Assembly: GCF_035084215.1 (NCBI RefSeq)
Contig: NC_090340.1
Coordinates: 34,348,001 to 34,412,000 of the forward strand
Direction of reading: 5' to 3'
From: Heptranchias perlo
Taxonomy: Eukaryota
DNA: 64,000 nucleotides
Position 1 is the first letter of the stretch; every line of letters starts with the position of its first letter. A model generated the notes under the pieces. That model ran no database searches and was not told the origin of the DNA. It worked only from the letters and a program-made list of their open reading frames with translations. Positions 52,889-64,000 of this stretch are shown piece by piece. Position numbers and translations under genes: made by a program.

Positions 52889-55544
52889 ATGGCTACTATC
52901 GACACCACAAACTACTGGCTCACAGTGGAGAGGATATCCAAGAAGATCGCGCATATAGACACAGACATCAAGTTTTTACAGAGCTGCAAGAAAGCAGACA
53001 AGATCCCGAAAGGACTACAGATCACGAACCCACTCAAGTCGACATACAACTCAGATTACGCTGAGAGACTCTGCCGTCGTACCTCTCGCACACTCCGCAA
53101 CCATCTCGTACACCAACTCTACAGAAGACGCCGCAACCTCGAAACCAAGATAGAGTCCATACTCTCAAACTGTACTCAGGACACAGCAGACCAGCTACGA
53201 GACACCACCAAACAGCCACCTACATGAAAACCAAGAGCAGGAAGCTTGAGAAACTCGGCATCACCACCAGCATCAACCAAGCCTCCCCCAATACCACGGT
53301 TGCAACCACAGGGAAGTCTATCGTCAATTTATCCGACCACACCCTTCAACCAGACGAAATCGAAGTTCTCAGCCGAGGGCTCAATTTCTGCCCCACCACC
53401 AAAATGGACCCCATTGGTCTCGCGGCGGACACAGAGGAATTCATCAGGAGAATGAGACTCCGGGAATTCTTCCACAAATCCCAAGATTTCAGCAGCGAAC
53501 CCAATGAGACAATCAACGATCCGGAACAGCAGACAGAGGGATCCGAGGTACAGCAACCGAAGAAGAAAGAGTCAAACTGGACTCCTCCGGAGGGTCGCTG
53601 CCCTAAGCTTGACATGTATGCTCAAGCTGTCAGGAAATGCGTCAATGCCAGATTCATCAGCCGCACTCACAAGACAGTCCAGAATGTCACCCGAGCACAA
53701 CGCAACGCCATCGACGCTCTCAAGACCAACCGCAACATCGTCATCAAACCAGCGGACAAAGGAGGAGCCATCGTCATACAGAACAGAACGGACTATTGCA
53801 AAGAAGCATACCGACAACTGGACAACCAGGAACACTTCAGACGGTTACCCGCAGATCCGACCAAGGAACACACCCACCAGCTCAACAAACTGATCAAGAC
53901 CTTCGATCCAGACCTTCAAAGCATCCTACGAGCTCTCATCCCACATACTCCCCGCGTGGGAGACTTCTACTGCCGCCCAAAGATACACAAAGCCAACACA
54001 CCCAGACGTCCTATCGTATCAGGCAATGGAACCCTGTGTGAGAACCTCTCTGGATACGTCGAGGGCATCCTGAAACCCATCGTACAGGGAACCCCCAGCT
54101 TCTGTCGCGACACTACAGACTTCCTACAAAAACTCAGCACCCACGGACCAGTTGAACCAGGAACACTTCTCACCACGATGGACGTCTCGGCACTCTACAC
54201 CAGTATCCCCCACGATGACGGCATCGCTGCAACAGCATCAGTACTCAACACCAACAATAGCCAATCCCCAGACGCCATCCTACAACTCATCCGCTTCATC
54301 CTGGATCACAATGTCTTCACCTTCGACAACCAGTTCTTTACCCAAACACACGGAACAGCCATGGGGACCAAATTCACACCCCAATACGCCAACATTTTCA
54401 TGCACAAGTTCGAGCACGACTTCTTCACTGCACAGGACCTCCAACCAACGCTATACACCAGATACATCGACGACATTTTCTTCCTATGGACCCATGGCGA
54501 AGAATCACTGAAGAGACTACACGATAACATCAACAAATTCCATCCCACCATCAAACTCACCATGGACTACTCCTCAGAATTGGTTTCTTTCTTGGACACA
54601 CAAATCTCCATCAAAGACGGGCACCTCAGCACCTCACTCTACCGCAAGCCCACGGACAACCTCACGATGCTCCACTTTTCCAGCTCCCACCCTAACCACG
54701 TCAAAGAGGCCATCCCCTATGGACAGGCCCTGCAAATACACAGGATCTGCTCAGACGAGGAGGAACGCGATGGACACCTACAGACGCTGAAAGACGTCCT
54801 CGTAAGAACGGGATATGACGCTCGACTCGTCGATCGACAGTTCCGACAGGCCACAGCGAAAAATCGCATAGACCTCCTCAGAAGACTAACACGGGACGCA
54901 ACCAACAGAGTACCCTTCGTCGTCCAGTACTTCCCCGGAGCGGAGAAACTACGCCATGTTCTCCGCAGCCTTCAACATGTCATCGATGACGACGAACACC
55001 TCGCTATGGCCATCCCCACACCTCCACTACTCGCCTTCAAACAGCCACCCAACCTCAAACAGACCATCGTTCGCAGCAAATTATCCAGCTTTCAGGAGAA
55101 CAGCGTCCACGACACCACACAACCCTGCCACGGCAACCTCTGCAAGACATGCCAGATCATCGACACAGACACCAGCATCACACGAGAGGACACCACCCAC
55201 CAGGTACATGGTTCATACTCCTGTGACTCGGCCAACGTTGTCTACCTCATACGTTGCAGGAAAGGATGCCCCGGAGCATGGTACATTGGCGAGACCATAC
55301 AGACACTGCGACAACGGATGAACGGACACCGCGCAACAATTGCCAGACAGGAGGGTTCCCTCCCAGTCGGGGAACACTTCAGCAGTCAAGGACATTCAGC
55401 CACCGATCTTCGGGTAAGCGTTCTCCAAGGCGGCCTTCAAGACACACGACACGCAAAATCGTCGAACAGAAATTGATAGCCAAGTTCCGCACCCATGAGG
55501 ACGGCCTCAACCGGGATCTTGGGTTCATGTCACGCTACACGTAA
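52889..55544 (+). CDS. PLE polyprotein: reverse transcriptase plus GIY-YIG endonuclease (750-aa open stretch 53224-55476; frameshifts near 53215 and 55450)
   Basis: KPADKGGAIV, PKIHK..RPIVS, MDVSALYTSIPH, GTAMGT, YTRYIDDIF, FLD, PCHGNLCKTC, VVYLIRC..C..WYIGET..LRQRMNGH; alternate-frame end EQKLIAKFRTHEDGLNRD. Confidence 0.92.
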
Positions 55545-55805
55545 CCCCACCAGCGAAAAAAAGTTATCTGTTTTTAACACAACGGGTTATTCTCTGTCTT
55601 TCTCTTCCTTTCGGATGTTTCTCTCTCTCTCTGTCTGTCTTTTTTGTTCTGGCCGTTTGTGTATTTGGTGGTCCTGTAGGTAACATCACTCTGTCTGAAC
55701 ACTTTGATTGCCTTGACAACGGGCAGTTGGAAAGATTATCTGTAATCACCAGGTATTGTTCTCTGACTATAAATGCGGTAACCTTCCATGGAATCCCACA
55801 CTTGC

Positions 55806-55842
55806 TCACCTGACGAAGGAGAAAGCCTCCGAAAGCTTGTGA
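55806..55842 (+). ncRNA. Minimal hammerhead ribozyme motif in 3' pLTR
   Basis: Identical to the copy at 52764-52800. Confidence 0.75.
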
Positions 55843-55972
55843 TTTTCAAATAAAACAGTTAGACTATAACCTGGTGTTGTAAGATTCCTTAGATACACTA
55901 AACAAAGACATGCAAAGTTCATTAGTTTAATATTTAAATCTACTTTGAAGTTTCCATTATGTTAGAGTCAGA

Positions 55973-56697
55973 CTTTTTACCAGAATTAAACTGTTTCTTT
56001 TGCCAAATATCTTAAATCTGTGTTCATTGGTTACTGACCCTCCTGTCCATGGAAATAGTTTCTCACACTCTACTCTTATCAAAACCTTTCATAATTTTGA
56101 ACATGTCTATTATATCTCCCCTGAACCTTCTCTGATCTAAGGAGAGCAATCTTAGTTTCTCTGGTCTCTCCACATAACTGAAGTCCCTCATCCCTGGTAC
56201 CATTCCAGTAAATCTCCTCTGCACCCTCTCCAAGGTGACATGCTTATTAACATTCTTCCTAGAGTGTGGTGCCCAGATTGGACACAATACTCCAACTGAG
56301 GCCTAACCAGTGATTTATGAATGTTTAGCCTAACGTCCTTCCTTTTGTACTCTATGCCTCTATTTATAAAGTCAAGGATCCTGTATTTTTTTTAACAACC
56401 TTATCAACTTCTCCTGCTACCTTCTAAGATTTGTGTATTTGAATCCCCTGGTCTCTCTGTTCCTGCACCCCCTTTAAAACTGTACCATTTAGCTTATATT
56501 GCCAAGTTCTTAACATTAATGCTTAGAAAGCACCGTATTTACTAGCTACTTAGAAATGTATTAGTTGTGCAATATTTCAGAAAATATTAATCTTGACTCT
56601 ACTGGCATATTAAATAGTAAATAAATAGACAAATTGTTTTCAACCCGCTCGCTTTTCTCTTGAGCTCAGCCATTCTTATCATTCCTAGATCCAGCCA
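55973..56697 (-). repeat. Inverted twin of the composite repeat at 37458-38139 (leader plus CR1 fragment)
   Basis: Reverse complement aligns: atctaggaatga..aagaatggctgagc..tttaatatgccagtagag.caagattaatattttctg..ctaagcattaatgtt..gcaatataa.ctaaatgg..ggcaaaagaa..ttctggt.aaaagt. Confidence 0.8.
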
Positions 56698-58089
56698 ACT
56701 TGTGCCATGGAACCTTATTCAGTTCTGTAACCTATAGAGGCACCCAATACTGTGCTATTTTTTGTCATATTTTGTACAGAGTAACATTTTATTTTGTACA
56801 ATTCATTCAAAAAATAAACATGGTCTCTACTATTCTCAATGATTAAGTTAGTTTACTGTTTTGTAAGCGGATCTATTCAGTCTAAAAAAACATCCTTTTG
56901 AAACTTTGGGTTGCAAACTGAGTGTAACTTATTCATTGTAAAAAAAACAAGGAAAATGTTTCCAGCATTTTCTGTTTTTATTTCAGATTTTAAGGATCTG
57001 AAGCATTTTGCTTTTTATTTGTTTCCTTCATGTTGCCATTGAACAGTTTTATTACTTCATTATGTGGCACTAATGCTATTTAGTAGCTTGCAAGCACTGC
57101 CATTATAATTTAACCCTCCATTAATTTGTGCTGCAGTTTTTCTAAATTACCATTAATTGAAGTGCCTACAGCCTTTTTTTAAAAATTCAATGGCTCATGG
57201 CCCTTGCCCAAGTGGGAGGAATAAGCCACCACGATGGTGCTTCTCGGCCAGCATCACCACGTTCTCATGTCCAGTGTGATTGCCCCTGGATATAACTGTG
57301 CAGAGGCTTTGAATGACACATTTGTGTCATTGTGCCAGTCTCTGATTTATTTTCTTACCTTGATTCTCATCATTGGATGAATAGCCTTTTTAACCACTGC
57401 CAGCTTGTGAACCCCACCTCTTGTCACTCCAGCAGAACAGTCGCATCGTGGAAGCATGCTAGAAATAAACTTGCATTTAAAAAGCTAGGATATTCACATA
57501 TGTACTGGTTCAGTGCACGATAATGGATGTATGTATTAATATATCAACAATAGATGGCTTACAAAAAGATTAAGGAACAGCTCCTGATGCAAAAACAAAG
57601 AAATAGAGAGTCCTACCCCATATTACACAGTTCAATAGGTTTACAGTATTTTTAAAAAGTTGTCAAGCGGCTACACCCAGTAAAAGATGAGTTCCAGGGA
57701 GATGACACTCTACACACTGCAGTTTCTGATCATTGATTGGATCCCATCGTGGCTGCCTTGATGATACTTCTCAGGATATATATTTCATTTTATTGAGTTC
57801 TCAGGAAAGTACATTCACATGTATGCTTTTTATGCAGCTATTGTACACAAAGCTGTACATGCAAACATATATTTTATGAAGAGGCTTTTTCCCAACAAAT
57901 GACAAAAATATATTCAAGAATTGGTCTAGTGGTACATAATTCTTCACTGCCTTTTGGAATTAAACATACTGGGGTAAGAATTCCTCGACTCACTTTGTGT
58001 AGTTGTGTATGTGAAGATTTCCTCTGGCATTTCTGCAAAATATAAACAAGTTGTAAAAGAACATATTTGCAAGTTACTTGCAGAGGAAC

Positions 58090-58185
58090 GGGTAGATTTT
58101 CAACTTGCTTTCGGGGTGTAAAACTGTCATTGCTGATTGGCCGCCTGCTATAGAAATCGCCCGATTTTCACATCCATTGATTTCA
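58090..58185. mobile_element. Very short MITE-like element
   Basis: gggtagattttc start and gaaagtcatccg end resemble the Harbinger-type termini; CpG-rich relative to the flanks. Confidence 0.4.
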
Positions 58186-59074
58186 CATAAAGTGAAAGTC
58201 ATCCGTGCACACCGATGATTAGATTATTGCTAAAAGTATAAACCACTTATTTATGGATGTTGTTTCCTCAAACTGATCAAGGCAGATTCAGGAAGAGAGC
58301 AATAATCTCTCACACATTCTTCTTGTAGCTCAATGGCTTAAATTGGTGGCCAATTTTGGAAGATTTCAGTGTGAATGGTGCTATGGGGAACTGCTGGGAA
58401 TGATACTGCGACTAGTGTTTCTGAATGTTGATACCATTTAAAAATTATTTTTAGCATGTATGTGGAAGACAAATAAAAATATTTTGTCCATTTTTTTTTC
58501 ATTTTTTAAAAAAACACGTTGAATAGCCAAAATATCTCTGCCATTATGACTGTAAAACTGGTCTCTTGATTTCTCTTTCCTAAAACTGCCTCTTCACTAA
58601 TGTACAAAGAAAAAGACTTTTGTTCTGGGTGCCTACTTAGTTCGGTGAGACATGAGATTAACCTTTATTCTATTTATGCTCAGACTCAGAGAGAATTCGG
58701 GTTACCAGTCATTGCCTACACTTGTAGGGTGGGATAGTGTCGTGAACAAAGTGTAAAGATTTAGGTCCTGATAATCTTTCCTGCCCCAGCGCAAGACAAG
58801 CAAAGCACTTCAGCAATTTGCTTCACCTGTCCAGGACACCTTGTGCCCAAATTTGGTGGCCCAGGCCATTAAGATGGTCTGATTGTCCCCAGGTGCAAGC
58901 CCACCCCTAGCATAGCTTTGCACCAGCAATTAGGGGTGGAATCAGTTGAAGGCCTGGCCACCAGAACCAGTGATTTCTGGCTGCTCTTGGAGAACAACAG
59001 CCAGCAGGCTCCAAAATCTGAGGGGGTTCTTAGCATAAGGCCCAGTGCTAGCTTCCTTGGGAACCAATGGTAGT

Positions 59075-61320
59075 AGGCACTCCTCTCCTTTACCCACTCC
59101 GCCCTCACCTCTAACAACAAGTGTGAGGATCTCATGGACTTTGTTGTCACTAAGGTTGAGACCATCCATTCAGCTGCCTCTCCCTTTCCTTTGCCCATCA
59201 AGCCAAACTTCTCCCAAGGCTTCCCCTGCCCTAGCCCTGAACCTTACATCTTTCTTTGGTTTCTACCTTATCTCTCGTCATGCCCTCTCCAAGCTCATCT
59301 TGTCCATGAGACTCACCTCCTGCTCTCTCGACCATATTCGCATCAAACTACTGACCATCCAACTTCCCTTCCTGGCTTCCATCCCAGCTGATATTGTAAA
59401 TGGTTCTCCCTCCTCAGGTACTGCCCCCTCCCTTTCAAATCTGTTGGCATCATCCCCTCCTCAAAAACTCCACCCATGATCCCTCTGTCTTTGCAAATTA
59501 CCACCCCATCTCCAGCTTCCCTTTCCTCTCCAGCATCCTTGAATGTGTTGTCGCTCCCAAATCCATGCTCATCTTTCCTGCAACTCCACGGGCTCAATTT
59601 TAAAGACGAGCCGGGAAGGGGGTGGGGGGGTCAAATTGAGGTCGGGAAACCCATTAGTACGGGTTTCCCGGATGTCCTTACGACCTTGACATAGGGACGT
59701 CTTTGATTTTATTTTGTCAGTTTCCCGTCTGACTGACCGGCCTGAGTGACAGGCTGGTCTCAGTCAGACAGGAGACCAGCCAGGGAGAGGACGTGTTAAG
59801 GTAACTCTGCAGGTAAGTCTTTGTTTGTATGGATTGCGGGGGGGGGGGGGGGGGGGGGTGCATGGGTGGGCAGGGGCAGCATAGGTTGGCATGGGTGGGC
59901 ATAGTTTGGCATGGGGGTCGTGAGTCATGGGGGATGGGATCGGGGGTCAGTCACGGGGGGATGTCAGGATCGGAGGTCATCGCAGGGGTCCGCGATCGTT
60001 GATGGGAGGATCGGGGGTCAGAGGATCGGAGTGGGGGGGAGGATCGGGGTCGGAGGTCAGAGGATCAGAGTGGGGGGGAGGATCGGGGGCTGTGGATCGG
60101 TGTCAGAGCATCGGGGTGGGGGGAGGATCAGGGGTCCACAATTGAGGGGAGGGGGGTCCATCGGGGGTCAGGGGTCAGCGATCACGGGGTCCACGATTGG
60201 GGGGAGGGGGATCCGTGATTGGGGGTCGGGGTCAGCAATCGGGGGGGGTCCTGTGATCGGCGGTCGGGGGTTCGCAATCGGCGGTCGGGGGTCGGGTGTC
60301 CGCAATCACTGGGGTCGTACAGGTAGGCTTGTTGGGCCTAGGGGAAGCACTCCTGCTGTACCTTTCTAGGCACCTGTCTGTCAGTCTCAGGCCTTCTCAC
60401 CTCCTTTCACGAGGCGTAAAACAGAAGGACCAGGAATCCCAGCCCCCCAGGGTTGAAATCGGGAAGTCCAGAAAAATGGAGGCCCAAAGCCTCCTTGATA
60501 GGTTTTAAGGCCCGACCTGCCTCCTGGGAGTGGGTTGGTCTCCCGCCCCTCTGAAAACCGGAAATGGGTGGGTTGGGGGCGGGTCTGAAATATTGGCAAT
60601 TTTAAATGCCCCCCGCCCCCAACCTACCCATCTTTCAATGTTAAAATTGAGCCCCATGTCTGAACCTCTCCAATCAGGTTTCTGCCTCTCATAGCATTGA
60701 AATGGCCCTAATCAAAGTCACAAATGACATCTTATGTGTCTGTGATCCTGGTGCACTGTCCTTCCTCATCCTTCTCAATCTCTCTGCAGCCTTTGACATG
60801 GTTGACCACACCATCCTCCTCCACTGCCTCTCCTGCCCTTGCCTGGTTCCATTCTTACCTATCCAGTCGTAGCTAGAGAATTTCCTGCGATAGCTTCTCT
60901 TCCCGCCCCTGTACCATTACCTCTGGAATCCCCCATGGATCTATCCTTGGCCCCCGCCTATTTATCATCTACAAGCTGCCCCTCGGCGACATCATCCAAA
61001 GACATGACTTCATGCTCCATATGTACACTGTCGTCACCCAGCTCTACCTCACCACCACTTCTCTCGATCCCGCCACTGCCTCTGTGTTGTCAGACTGCTG
61101 GTCCAACGTCCAGCTCTGGATGAGCCACAGTGACTTCAATTAAATATTGGGAAGACCAAAGCCATTGTCCTCACCCCCTGCCACAAACTCTGTTCCCTTG
61201 CCACCAATTCCATCCCTCTCCCTGGCCACTGTCTCAGGCTGAACCGGACTGTTCGCAACCTTGGCATCCTATTTGACTCTGAGCTGAGCTTCCAATCCCA
61301 TATCCTCTCCATCAGAAAGA
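59075..61320 (+). mobile_element. L2 LINE RT fragment interrupted by a MITE
   Basis: FANYHPISSFPFLSSILECVV; [18 protein letters not shown]; [15 protein letters not shown]; PHGSILGP; KTKAIV. Confidence 0.85.
59590..60654. mobile_element. Harbinger-type MITE with G-rich tandem core
   Basis: Perfect TIR gggctcaatttt / aaaattgagccc; TSD CAC/CAT; the L2 sequence rejoins across it. Confidence 0.88.
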
Positions 61321-64000
61321 CTGTACTAGTTTGCAATTGTAGATGAGGTACCAGAGAGCTGTTAGAAATTAAAAATCCTGCTTCAAAGAAAGGGAGCGAT
61401 CATTTTAATTTTTAAGGGTCACATTCAATCTGTAAAATGTGCTCTAGTTGATGAATACAAGTATTTTTCAGCATCTCATTACAATTAATATCTTTTTTTA
61501 TTTGAATTTATCCTCTTTTTTTAAAAAAAGGAAAAATAATTACTGTGCTGGACATGGCAAGAAAATACAGATGTAGCTCAGCTACTTGTAATTGGCACAA
61601 TACTGCCGGCCTGTGTTTTGGGAGGAATGCTCTTTTGCTTCACGATAATCAGGTGAGAAAAGTCAAGACGTACATGATGACGATACTTTCTGGGCCATTA
61701 GAAGTTACAACCAACAGCATTATAGACTGGAACTAGTGTGTGCTGAAAAGAAGGCAAATATACCAGAGAAAGCATTTGCAGTTGTTATTTGCAAGTGTCT
61801 GGCAACCAAACATCCCAGGGCTGTCAAAGAACAAAATGCAGAGGACACGGTGAATTATTAAGGCCACCCATGTTCTTTACCTGATCTTATTGCAAATTAT
61901 TTAGGGGACATGGTGTATGGACTAGAATTTGTGCAGATCTTAAACTCTCTTGCAAAAATACTTCTTACAAAAATAGTTCTGTTCTCTCTCAAGTGTACAA
62001 GAAAAAAAATGTTTCCTTTCTTTTATGTGGGAGGAGAGGAGGAAGGGGAGTCGATGGGAACAGTTGACAAAAGCATCCCTTCTTGGTTTTGAACGTCTGA
62101 TCCTGTGAACTGAAGACATTAATATTGCATTTATACTCCTTAACTGCTTCAGGATGCTACTCTGTAATGCCAGCTCTGGCTCCTGGTGCTGTAAAAGCTG
62201 CCCGGTTTATACCTCAATGATGGTTTCTCCAGCACCATATCAACACTTAAATGGCTTTGTGTGCGTAACTAAGTTGCAGCTTGTGACATCTTGCTAGGGT
62301 TCTCAAGTTGCTTGGGAACATGGTGAATGGGGTAGTGAAAGAAAAGCTGCTTCATTGCCTGCGTGGGGCAGATACGATCAGCCTACCATGAGCAAATACA
62401 TGGCCATCCATGCCTCTGGTGGTGAGCGTTTAACCTGGTGTCAGAGGTATGACTGCCATAAGAGGTGCAGACTAATACCAGCTCTATTGGTGGTGTGCAT
62501 CACCTCTGACTGCACTAGCATTATCTTGTTTACTTTACTGCTTTGCTGCCAAGCTCAAGGTTGTAATTGGCAGCAGAAGTAAGTGGTGCATAAAGTGCCT
62601 CTTCTATCTCATTGAGCTTTTTCCTTAAGGAACTAATATCGTGGAAAGAAAATTAGATGAAAAATGCAATAGAGAAAAAAGAATTGTAAAATTTGAGAAA
62701 CAAGTAGCAACTCTGCACATTATCAGTCCCAGGATTTGAAATTGCACTGCCGTGCATCAAAAGCTTTCACTCACTAAGATCTGGCAATTAAAATAACAAT
62801 TCCATACTTTGTATTATAACAGCAATGTCAAAAAGGATAAACTTAGAGTTCAAGTTTACAGAAATTGTAAGAAGTTGGGAAGAACATTTTTTTTGTGATG
62901 TGAATTGAAATAAAAGGAAGAATTTATTTGGATTTCTTTCCACATGGGAATGCATGTTTATTTTCATCACTCATTTAGAGAATACTTCATTAAACTTTGA
63001 CAACAAATTATGTCATGTAAACAGGAAGAATTATTTGTTAGACATGAAAATCTAGAAATTTTTCACCATAGTTTGACAATGGAGGAACATGAATATTTTA
63101 GCAAAACTATTTGAAGACTTTGAAGATAATCTGAAAAGATCAACTATATAATTTTAATTAAAATTTTGATTCATGTTAAACAGGATTTTTATAAAGTGGA
63201 TAATCTTCAAATGTCAAATGTTACCAAGTATTGAGATTGAGATTAATGTCTAGCAATGTCCTGTAATGAATTACCTTTGCCACAAAACACAGAGAATAAG
63301 TAGAATACTGTAAATCCTATTTGAATCAAGACCGTTCTAATGCACTGGAATATTCCCAGCAGACAGTGTTCTGTTGCTCTCTCCCTCTCTCTAGCTGTTG
63401 CTGTGTTGATAATTAAGCAGGATTCCTTTCCAGGAACAGTATACTTACATAATAAGTCTTTTAATCGCCTGCTGCTAGCTAGGTTGAAAAGGCTTTTCAC
63501 ATAGAGCTATTTCCACAAGAATACTGCAGCAAACATTTGGCTTCTAACAAATTGTTCTTGTTTGTGATATAATCCTTTGAATCTGAGTTGAAAAACACTG
63601 GAGGACTGTAAAAATGTGATTTTTTTTTAAAAAAGCTAAGCTTGGGAATCTGACATGACTGCATGATATATTCTGAGGGCTTTAAAATGTGCTTAAGTAT
63701 ATACAGTAACTGGACTTTTCAAACTGCTTTCTTTTTTCTTGTGCAATTATGTTACCAACTGACAGCAATGAAAAATCTATACCATGCTGCAAAAAAATGT
63801 TGTTAAAAGCTCTAGTCAATTTGTGGAAGGGAGCAGTTAATAATAATGAAAAGGATATGGGCAGGGTTTCATGAACCTACAAGAAAAGATTTATTTTTAA
63901 GTTAGTGCTTTCAGGAAATCACTTTGTCCTGACTGTGACATTGCTATTAGCCGACTTGGAATTTGCCATATGCCTAATTGCTAAAAGATATTTGTATAAA

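Larger units (their letters stand above)
52472..55891 (+). mobile_element. Near-intact Penelope-like retroelement (Neptune-like) with tandem pseudo-LTRs
   Basis: Direct repeats 52472-52849 and 55518-55891, nearly identical, that overlap the ORF end; RT plus GIY-YIG ORF between them; no TSD. Confidence 0.95.

Noticed and set aside
53246-55395. Numerous alternate-frame and antisense ORFs in the PLE
   Set aside because: Shadows of the C/A-rich RT-EN coding sequence; only 52853-53227 and the end of 55254-55544 are frameshifted parts of the real ORF.
52472-55891. Direct repeats suggesting an LTR retrotransposon
   Set aside because: No TG..CA ends, PBS, integrase or TSD; the repeat overlaps the ORF end and GIY-YIG is present, so it is a PLE.
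42397-60599. Many overlapping Gly/Pro-rich ORFs at 42.4-43.2, 45.0-46.0 and 59.7-60.6 kb
   Set aside because: By-products of G-rich MITE cores that lack stop codons.

Overview
Vertebrate genomic DNA, very probably a cartilaginous fish (shark), judged from its repeat families (CR1 LINEs with (ATTCTATG)n/(TTCTTATG)n-type tails, Deu-domain SINEs, Penelope elements). The first 17 kb hold the last five coding exons of N4BP1 on the + strand (most of the NYN/PIN RNase domain plus the C-terminal CUE-like ubiquitin-binding domain); all splice sites are GT-AG and phase-compatible. I found no other host gene. The rest is dense with transposons: CR1 and L2 LINE fragments, several SINE families including an LF-SINE-like copy, PIF/Harbinger DNA transposons (a two-gene element, a Myb-only derivative with a spliced gene, and MITEs with G-rich cores), and Penelope-like elements (PLEs), one nearly intact with RT and GIY-YIG domains. 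The most notable signal is a set of minimal hammerhead-ribozyme motifs tied to the PLEs, including one inside a 49-bp perfect hairpin in sense orientation in an N4BP1 intron. Also notable are a templated-insertion junction at a LINE end and an inverted twin composite repeat about 18 kb apart. Family names come from motif recognition without database searches, and boundaries of old repeats are approximate.
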